Positions 55,058 through 64,000 of a stretch of DNA of 64,000 nt are shown here, in pieces (the first letter of the stretch is position 1; each line of letters opens with the position of its first letter). A model generated the notes under the pieces. It saw only the letters and a list, made by a program, of their open reading frames with translations. It had not been told where the DNA came from and ran no database searches. This DNA is from Octopus sinensis (Eukaryota). The stretch covers positions 36,022,001-36,086,000 of the forward strand of contig NC_043001.1 of the NCBI RefSeq assembly GCF_006345805.1, written 5' to 3'. A program made the translations under genes and the position numbers.

Positions 55058-55190
55058 GGTGCAAGGAAATTGTCAGAAACGGCGACTGAAATCTATTCTA
55101 GAAAAATTGGAAGTAACGATCAAGACTTGAGTCGGCAGTGGTTTCAATTTTTAAAAGCAGGGTCTCGTTGATGAAGCGATCTGTCCGTCC
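55058..55190 (+). pseudogene. Possible mariner transposase N-terminal (HTH) remnant
   Basis: KLSETATEIY...G.......RQWFQFLKAG followed, after a frameshift, by LVDE; resembles mariner K.ATE.....YG......WF.RFK.G...L.DE. Confidence 0.35.
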
Positions 55191-56025
55191 CTACTACTCA
55201 AGATCTCTTTTATCGATAGTCCCTGTTATTAGAAAACCTTTGGTCTCCATCATTCAATGACATGTTTTGAACATGGCTTCTTTGCTTTCTTTAAAAAGAG
55301 GGCTATTAATATTTTCTATTTGCCGTTTATTTATTCTTATATTAAACTTTTGTTCAGTTTTTTTTTTGCTTCTGCTGCTGTTTGTTTAGTGTATTTTGAA
55401 CCAATTATTTATTTTAATTATTTATATATTTATGGTATAGTGTGTTAGCTGTTACGATATTTTTATAACCTAAATTAAACGATCGGTCGGGTTAAAATCA
55501 AGTTGACACGCAGTCACTCATTCACTTACTCATTGCACTCGTATTCGCTTTTATTCACACACACACTGCCAGAAAATAAGTATTGCAAACTATAAATAAG
55601 TATTTCTATGCATAAAAATGCTATGAACGTATACTTACTAGCTTTCGCATACACACACACACACGGAAACAAATATATAAATATATAGTTACATACAAAA
55701 AAATACACATACATGACATACACTCAAATACATATACACATATATATCTATATATACATCCATATAGATGCACGCACATAGATGCAAGAACACACACACA
55801 CGCATGTATATACAAACACAAACATATATGTATATACATATGTGCAATCTATTACACACATAACACACGTATATCCATGCATGCAAACTATTACACATAC
55901 ACATATATATACATATACATGCAATCATGTGATATATCCACACACACATGTATGTATGTATATATGTATATATATATATATACACACACATATATACACA
56001 TATATATCCATACATATATATATAC

Positions 56026-56084
<59 letters not shown>

Positions 56085-56389
56085 TACATACATATATATA
56101 TACATATATATATACATATACATGTATACACACACATATATATATATACATACACACACACACATACACTTCACAAATATTTGCACTAAATATCGCAGTT
56201 ACTCGCAAATATACGCATAGATCATTCGTTACACACACAACACACACACACACACACACACTCGTACGTACTTTCATTCATTCTCGCAGATTACTCAAGT
56301 ACCCCATACATTAGCATAATAAGTACGTATACATACCATGTCTATACCTGCATGCATTTATTTTATAAATATGCACTTCATAAACACAC

Positions 56390-56460
<71 letters not shown>

Positions 56461-56511
56461 TATATGCCAAATATATACGAATATGCAATTACTTTTTGTA
56501 TGTGCACTTAG

Positions 56512-56580
56512 ATATGAGTCAATGTATGATGGGAAATTGCCAATGTGGAAAGCGAAGCATAACTTCGAAGGGTATATCAG
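56512..56580 (+). CDS. Putative 69-nt exon (YESMYDGKLPMWKAKHNFEGYI-R)
   Basis: aattactttttgtatgtgcacttAG acceptor; donor CAG|gttggc (alternative GG|gtatat at 56571, same phase). The phase 2 to 2 frame gives a protein-like peptide; a second frame is also open. Confidence 0.6.
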
Positions 56581-56791
56581 GTTGGCTTGTATCTCTCGCT
56601 CACAAGATTTTTACCACCATTACAAGAAAATTACCCATCATGCACCAGTGTAATTGAATTTTTCTTTCACTCAACTTGTATCTTTACAATATATATTCTT
56701 TTCGATTTTAACAGTTATTTGCTTTTTTGATTTTCGTCTAACGGAATTTTTTTTCCTGTCAACTCTAAACATCACTTCTGACATTCTCTCC

Positions 56792-56842
<51 letters not shown>

Positions 56843-57312
56843 TGCACGTTTTATCACCACCATTCTTTCTCTTTGCCATTTAAACCATACACAGACACAC
56901 ACATACATATATTTACACACACGCACACATGTATGCTTGAGTACATATATACGTATGTATATGCGTGTGTGTGACTATACATACATACATACATACATAT
57001 ATGCATGCATACATACACATGTCTATGTAAATCTCTCTCATATGTATGAGAATCTTATACTACTGTTTATATTATTTACGTTTATATATTTTTGCTTCTG
57101 AGCAAATCTCTGCTCGCATTTCTCTCTGGAAAAGAAAATAATAGAAAACCTTCCATTCAAACTACATTGTTATGACATTCCTCTCAATATATCACTGTTC
57201 AACAGTTACAAAAATAGAGAGCTGTTACTGACATGTGCTTTATATGGTAAAGAGTTTCAAGGTAGATAGGGACAGAAATTAATAAAATATATGAATGTAG
57301 GTGTCCCCATTA

Positions 57313-57710
57313 TGGATGGAAGCACTCCGTCGGTTACGACGATGAGGGTTCCGGTTGATCCGATCAACGGAACAGCCTGCTCGTGAAATTAACGTGTAAG
57401 TAAGTGACTGAGCACTCCACAGACACGTGCACCCTTAACGTAGTTCTCGCGGATATTCAGCGTGACACAGAGAGTGACAAGGCCGGCCCCTTGAAATACA
57501 GGTACAACAGAAACAGGAAGTAAGAGTGAGAGAAAGTTGTGGTGAAAGAGTACAGCAGGGATCACTACCATCCCCTGCCGGAGCCTCGTGGAGCTTTTTT
57601 TTTTTTGGTGTTTTCGCTCAATAAACATTCACAACGCCCGGTCTGGTAATCGAAACCGCGATCCTATGACCGCGAGTCCGCTGCCCTAACCACTGGGCCA
57701 TTGTGCCTCC
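57313..57710 (-). mobile_element. SINE family 4, full length, tail type a, with probable TSD
   Basis: A-box TGGCCCAGTGG; flanks tgtccccattat (left) and tgtcccattat (right) look like an 11-12 bp target duplication. Confidence 0.88.
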
Positions 57711-58089
57711 ACCTGTCCCATTATACTTAGTAAACTAAACGAGAAATTGAAAGACAGATGGAAACATTCAAGTAAAGGAGAAGATAAAGTAAGACAGAGA
57801 GAACCGTAAGATAGATTATCAATGAAATACATTGAGTTAAGGTTAGAAATAAAGATAATTATTGAGAGTATATTATAACTGTCTGCCCATCTGCTCACTG
57901 AAATAAGATCGTTATTTGGAGCAGATAAGAAGATGTTGGAATAGACATGAAGAGAGAAAATACTATAAGTCTTAACTATCATTAAGTTATGAATGAAGCC
58001 AAACTAATCAATAATAACTGCCTTGGTTATCTCTTTATTTCGGTGTATTTGATATATGATGCTTGCGTTACGTATTTATCTACATTTAG

Positions 58090-58124
<35 letters not shown>

Positions 58125-58240
58125 TTATAATTTTTCATGGTGCTCCAGCATGCCCACAATCGAATCGTAGAAACCTGAGGTAACTGAGCATATTTTACAC
58201 CCCCCAACCCCACTAGGTTTACTCTGTATATACTAGGCTT

Positions 58241-58341
<101 letters not shown>

Positions 58342-58358
58342 GCATACACATATATATT

Positions 58359-58740
58359 GGCGTGGCTGTGTGGCAAGAATTTTGCATCCCAACGACATGT
58401 TTCCGGGTTCAATCCGACAGCGTGACATCTAGACCAAAGCCTTGTGAGTGGATTTGGTAGCCGGGACCTGAAAGAAGCCTGTCGTATATATGTATGTATC
58501 TATATGTGTCTGTGTGTCTGTGTTTTGTCCCTCACCCATCACCGCTTGAAAACTGGTATTGGTGTGCTTACGTCTCCGTAACTTAGCGGTTCGGTTAAAG
58601 CGGCCGATAGAATAAGTACTACGCTGAAGAAATAAGTCATGGAGTCGATTCATTTGACTAAAAAAACAACAAAAAAACCTTCAAGGCAGTGCTCCAGCAT
58701 GGCTGCAGTCAAATGACTGAAACAAGTAAAAGAATAAAAA
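58359..58740 (+). mobile_element. SINE family 1, diverged full-length copy
   Basis: Collinear with the consensus; the CORE block is partly deleted. Confidence 0.85.
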
Positions 58741-58768
58741 AAAACAATATAGGGAGAGAGAGAAAGAC

Positions 58769-58804
<36 letters not shown>

Positions 58805-58806
<2 letters not shown>

Positions 58807-59000
58807 CGTTAGTTACTGCACGCATTTTTTTCTCTCCTTCTTTGTGTGTTTTTTTTCTCTGTGTATCTTTCTGTTGAAGAGCGTAGGCTCGAAACGTTAA
58901 AGACTTGTTTTATTTATATTTCCTGAGCGCCATACTAATACAATTGTTTGTTTGTTTTCCACCTGCCTTCGTCTTTTGTCTATTTTCATAAAGCTTCTCG
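58805..59000 (+). mobile_element. Solo Penelope-type LTR-like repeat with minimal hammerhead (58866-58903), flanked by (TA)n on both sides
   Basis: tcttt-CTGTTGA-A-GAGC-gtag-GCTC-GAAAC-GTT-aaaga; the element ends ...ttctcgtt|atatata. Confidence 0.72.
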
Positions 59001-59036
<36 letters not shown>

Positions 59037-59271
59037 CATATATATATATGTATGTGTGTGTTTGTGTGTCTGTGTTTGTCCCCCTAGCATTGCTTGACAA
59101 CCGATGCTGGTGTGTTTACGTCCCCGTCACTCAGCGGTTCGGCAAAAGAGACCGAAATAATAAGTACTGGGCTTACAAAGAATAAGTCCCGGGATCGATT
59201 TGCTCGACTGAAGGCGGTGCTCCAGCATGGCCGTAGTCAAATGACTGAAACAAGTAAAAGAGTAAAAGAGA
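59001..59271 (+). mobile_element. SINE family 1, headless 3' half starting at the TA tract
   Basis: Near-identical to 43071-43315; joined through (TA)n to the hammerhead repeat. Confidence 0.88.
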
Positions 59272-59798
59272 TATATATATACAGGTATATGTAAGTGCAT
59301 GTATATATGCACGTATATTCAAATTAAGAGGAAAAGAAATGGAAGCTTACAATATATAAATAATTGACATTATAAATAACAAGAGTTTCTCCAGCATCAT
59401 GGGGTGTTTTATTATTCACGAATAAATTCTACGAGAGTGAAGAACTCTATTAGTCGGAGTTTAAAACCTGCTGTCAATTTTACCTTTTCATCTTCCCGAA
59501 CAAATAAATTAAAGCACCAGTCTAATATAGGAGATGGATTTAGTTGACTGTTTGCTCTTTCAAAGCTCACAGCATTTGTGTCAATGATTAGAATGTTGAA
59601 ATTTTCTAAAGTTTTGAATTTAGAACCTCACCGGAGGTCGACTTCGCGTTTTATTAGTCGGAGTTAAATAAAACAAATGCTTATTGCCTAAACTTGGGCC
59701 ATGCCCTTATTGAATACAAAATGGTGGAAAGAAATAGTGGACTGTCAGACGAAATACCATGCATCTAACTATTTAAATGAATGCTTTAATTTTTTAAG

Positions 59799-59854
59799 AT
59801 CGCGGTTCACTGTACTCGAGTGCCCTCTGTTTCATCAGAATTCGATAAAATATG
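59799..59854 (+). CDS. Putative 56-nt exon (SRFTVLECPLFHQNSIKY)
   Basis: atgctttaattttttaAG acceptor, donor ATG|gtacag. Phase 2 to 1, consistent with the previous and next candidate exons. Confidence 0.6.
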
Positions 59855-60011
59855 GTACAGCAGTGTATTTTTCCTATATAATTTATTGTTCTGTGGTGTC
59901 TTCTTCAAAATATCTGCACAATTTAAAAATCAATATTAAGACAGTTTTGAACATTTGTATTTAGTTACACTCTCGTAGCATAACATGTAAACATAATAGA
60001 TATAATTTCAG

Positions 60012-60021
60012 ATCTCATCGA
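60012..60021 (+). CDS. Putative 10-nt micro-exon (D-LI-E)
   Basis: tataatttcAG | ATCTCATCGA | GTacgt. Phase 1 to 2; bridges the 59799 exon to the terminal exon. Confidence 0.5.
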
Positions 60022-60250
60022 GTACGTTCCTATTTTATGTGTGCATATATATACACTACAATTTAATTCATAACACTAAGCATATGTCTAAGAGCCCAAA
60101 CGATGTGTGTTAGATTGCTTATAATTTGCCAAGGGGTTTCTTTTCTTACGTGACTGAGAATGTTATATCATTGCTCTCTGAATAAAGAATTCTCAAATTA
60201 GTAATTAGAACTTCACTTAACCAGCCCTTTATTTCTCGTCTTTTCTTTTA

Positions 60251-60272
60251 GATATGCCCGGCATGCTTCTTA
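60251..60272 (+). CDS. Putative terminal coding exon (E-YARHAS-stop)
   Basis: Very strong acceptor (ccctttatttctcgtcttttctttAG); the phase-2 reading A TAT GCC CGG CAT GCT TCT TAG ends the chain. AATAAA hexamers lie downstream at 60469 and 60592. Confidence 0.55.
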
Positions 60273-60273
60273 G

Positions 60274-60316
<43 letters not shown>

Positions 60317-61217
60317 TCCCTCTCTCTCTTTCTCTCTCTCTCCCATGCGTGCGCACGCCTCTGTGTGTGTGTGTGTGTGTTTGTCCGTCGCTATCTTTAA
60401 AACGTATTTTCTCACTCTAAACACTAACCTGAAATCTCTCTAGCTCTAACCGTCAACTATTCTATCCAAATAAACGCATGCTGCTTATCTCACAATCAGT
60501 ATCTGTTTTGTCCCGGAGTTAAAAAGATGCCGAGAGAGGCAGTATGACTAAGTCGCTGATAATAACCGTAATATTTGTTCGGTCCTACAATAATAAAGAA
60601 AACAAGTGAGCCTCAACTCGATATTATTAACTCAAGAGAAAGAAACGCCAACACTAAACGGTAAAATGCCACCTCGAGCAATCTTTTGAAGAACTGCGAA
60701 AACAGTCAGAGAGAGAGAGGGGGGGGGAAGAATGAAAAAAAAAAGGAAAGGAAAATGCAATAGAATATTCTTTGCAGTGGAGCATTGAGAGAGACTACTG
60801 TTTTATGGCATCGGCACTTTTCAAGTTCTAGTCCCATTTAGGGGTTGACTTCACATTGGATCAATACAAGAAGGAATGCAGGGATCGTTTTAGTTATTTA
60901 CGTTCTTTTTTTTTGTTGTTGTTTTGTTTTCTTATTTTGTGTGTCTGCGTTTCTGCCTGTGTGTTTCTGTGTGTGAGCGTGTTTCTCTATATGCGTTTGT
61001 GTATGCGTGGGGCTTGTATGCATAATCATGCATATGTTGTCGCTTTAATGGTAGGATTACTTTAACATTAGAATGCTGTAAAAATGAAATAAATTGCCTC
61101 CCTTTACAACATGTAACCTCGCTATAACCGATTATCATTATCAACATCAGCATCATCATCATCAACTGTAGCTGAGCAGTCGTACCCTCTTCATCATCGG
61201 ACACACACACACACACT

Positions 61218-61333
61218 TACGAAAAAAAACAAAAAAAAAACAAAAGACAGGTGGTGTATAAAACAAACAGATGTATTAGTATAACGCTCAGGAATAGAAA
61301 AAAGTCTTTTACGTTTCGAGCCTACGCTCTTCA
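61218..61333 (-). mobile_element. Truncated Penelope-type LTR-like repeat; hammerhead cut within its core
   Basis: Minus strand reads (TA)n-GA-A-GAGC-gtag-GCTC-GAAAC-GTA-aaaga and continues homologous to the 44.9-kb copy. Confidence 0.65.
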
Positions 61334-61955
61334 TATATATATATAAGGGAGGGAGGGAGAGAGGCAGACATACAGACAGACGGAGATGAAACATATAATT
61401 AAAAAATGAGAGATTTAAAACAAAACGATTCGGATCATTAACTCAGCTTTCACGAATTTTAATATTACTTTTCTATGGTTCTATATTAATTTTATGAACG
61501 ATAATTAATCCACGTGTCCAATTTCGATTTCCATTTGGAAGCACTCTGTTTGCGCTTCAAATACCATTACGAAATGATGAACATCCCAACAGCCTAACTC
61601 TTTCTACATTCAAATCAAGCCAGCTTTCGTACTTATGTAAGAAATTACTATTGTTATTACTCGATGCACAGTGGCACCGAATATGTGAATAGAATAGTAT
61701 TGTACTTTCTTAGATCTCGGGTCGCTGAGTTCATTATGTCAATGCAGCTGTTGCTGTAAGCTTTCTGGACAAGACACCATTAAACTTGCACATATAAGGC
61801 TTCAATGGTTAATTAAAGAATTTCTCTGCGATTCAGTTCAATTTTATTTTCAATTTTATTGTCGATGTAGAGTGGAGTAAATGCGATGTTCCACTTTAGA
61901 TTTTGTTGTCATTGCTCAAAGTAATTGTTTATTATTGATCGATGGTAAATGACTC

Positions 61956-62035
61956 AGAACAATGATTTAAATATTCATTCTCAATACGTTCAGAGAATTA
62001 GAACAATGATGTACATATTCATTCTCAATACGTTC
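61956..62035. repeat. 2 x 44-bp tandem duplication
   Basis: agaacaatgat..atattcattctcaatacgttc at 61956 and 62000. Confidence 0.9.
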
Positions 62036-63648
62036 CGGCAAATTCGAAAATGAATTTGCTAATTGCTGGTGCATTTCGCTATCATCGGTTGACAGTTATC
62101 AGCACACATTAGCAAATAATTTGTTTGATGAATTTTTAAACAAGAATCACAAACTCTTGTTAGATTCATTTGTCCGGATTAGCTTAGGCTGAGGAAACAG
62201 TAACGTCGAAACACAAGGTCTTCCAATGTCTCCTTACTCTAATGAATCGAATATGTTATGAACAGACCTTCGTCTGAAAGAAATTGTTCTCCAAAGGCAA
62301 AACACAACAGCGATATGCACATTCGTATGCGAATACGTCGGAACGTTTAAAGAAAGAAAATGTATGTCATCGGACGATTATATATTTCACCACTATAATA
62401 AGGGAAAGCAAACTTGCTTTTAGTCGAAATTTCTCTGTGAGAAATTAACTACAATGGACTTACATCTGATCAAACTGTGAAGGCACTAAAAAAAGAAAAC
62501 AATATACACCTTCTCTAGACTGCTGGTTTCAGTAAACGTTAATAATAATATCAATGATTCTTCCGAATTTTTGCACAAGGCCAGTAAATATGAGGGAAGG
62601 TTTTTACTCGTTTACATCGACACCAATACTTGACTGGTACTTTATTTTATCGATCCCGAACGGATGAAAAGCAAATCAGAGCGGTTTTGGAAGAGTGTGT
62701 AAGTTGAATTTGCTGCATAAAGGGGACGAATTTATAAGTATAGAGTGAGTGTAAGGATTTCATGTGGTGATCTTACCGTTTTGTTTGTCATATTAATGAT
62801 GAGAATTATACAGTTGTGGTGATGATAATGACGACAGCAAATAAAAATTTTTAAATTGATATTTATTTCTTATCATTGCTGATTTATTTTATCACTGATG
62901 ACAAATTCATCGCGAACTGAATACGGGATCCGATTTTGGGGGTTTTCGATTCTCAATTGGAACTGATTCACTTCGTTTATTTCTTGCTGCACTTCGGAAA
63001 CAGCACATAAATCCAAGATCTTAAGCCTATGTTAAAAACCAAATATCATATCGCAGCTTAGTTTATTGCTGCTGCTGCTACTATTGCTACTACTACTACT
63101 ACTGCTGCTACTACTACTATCAACTCCACCCCTGCTTCTGCTTCTGCTGCTGCTGTCGTGTTGTTGTTTATAGAATTATTGTTGCCGTTGCTAGTGCTGA
63201 GGCTGCTATCGTTGTTTTTGTGGTTTTAGTCGTTATTATTATTTTTCCTCTCGTTAATTTTGCATCAACCCACATTTTATATTTTTAGTTTTCCTATATT
63301 TTTCTCTGGGATTATATGTTTCTTTCATGCTGCGTTAATGGAATAACAAATTCCATTCTCTTCATTTCATTTCTATCTATATATTTTTTTTTTTTTTTTG
63401 CTTTTCTCCCGGATATCTGTTATTTTCTACATCGTTTTTCTTATTCTTGTTCTTCCGCTCATTCAGCCTTTTTCTTTCATTATATATCAGTCTATTTCTT
63501 TGTATTTCTCAAAAGTATTTTATTTTTCTCATCTTTACCTCTGTTATCCTTATCCTTCTATTAAGATTTTATCAGTTCTTTCCTATTTCAGTCTTCAACT
63601 TTATTCTCTTTTCTACCCATGCATATGCAAACATATAAGATCCTGTAC

Positions 63649-63729
<81 letters not shown>

Positions 63730-64000
63730 CCTCCATCTATCTATCTATCTATCTTTCTTTCTGTTTCTTGCGCTTTCTGCTTCTCTTTCCTGTTTAGTCT
63801 TATTTTATTTTCTCTTTGTCTTTAAACCTCTCTCTCTGTCTCTTTATGCCACTTGGTCCCTTTACCTTTCACAACTCCCTAGTTTTTGTATTTTATCTTA
63901 TTCTTCTTACCACATGTTTTTTTTTTATATATTTTTATCTCTAGTTCTCCTTTTTCCAACCTATATGACCTTCCAATAGACCTCTCTATAACACTTTATC

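Overview
AT-rich, microsatellite-saturated eukaryotic genomic DNA. The repeat repertoire points to an octopus or other coleoid cephalopod; this is inferred from repeats recognised from memory, with no search run. Almost all ORFs in the supplied track are translations of simple repeats. Recognisable content: (1) about 13 copies or pieces of a ~400-bp tRNA/CORE-type SINE carrying an internal (TA)n(TG)n tract; (2) about 10 copies of a second tRNA-derived SINE, some as head-to-tail dimers; (3) two further SINE types that exchange 3' modules; (4) a Penelope-like GIY-YIG endonuclease fragment and four short LTR-like repeats carrying a variant minimal hammerhead ribozyme (CUGUNGA core); (5) an RTE-LINE 3' end; (6) a non-autonomous Helitron; (7) a 4 x ~160-bp tandem array and several hairpins and duplications. 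Reading splice signals by eye also gives a phase-consistent chain of seven small + strand exons (29199-60272; 142, 32, 22, 69, 56, 10 and 22 nt). The chain spells a 117-aa C-terminal peptide of an unidentified protein, with possible upstream exons near 5.2 and 9.6 kb, so much of the window is probably intronic. The gene model is a manual inference and needs RNA-seq or homology confirmation. There is no evidence for rRNA, bona fide tRNA genes or CRISPR arrays.
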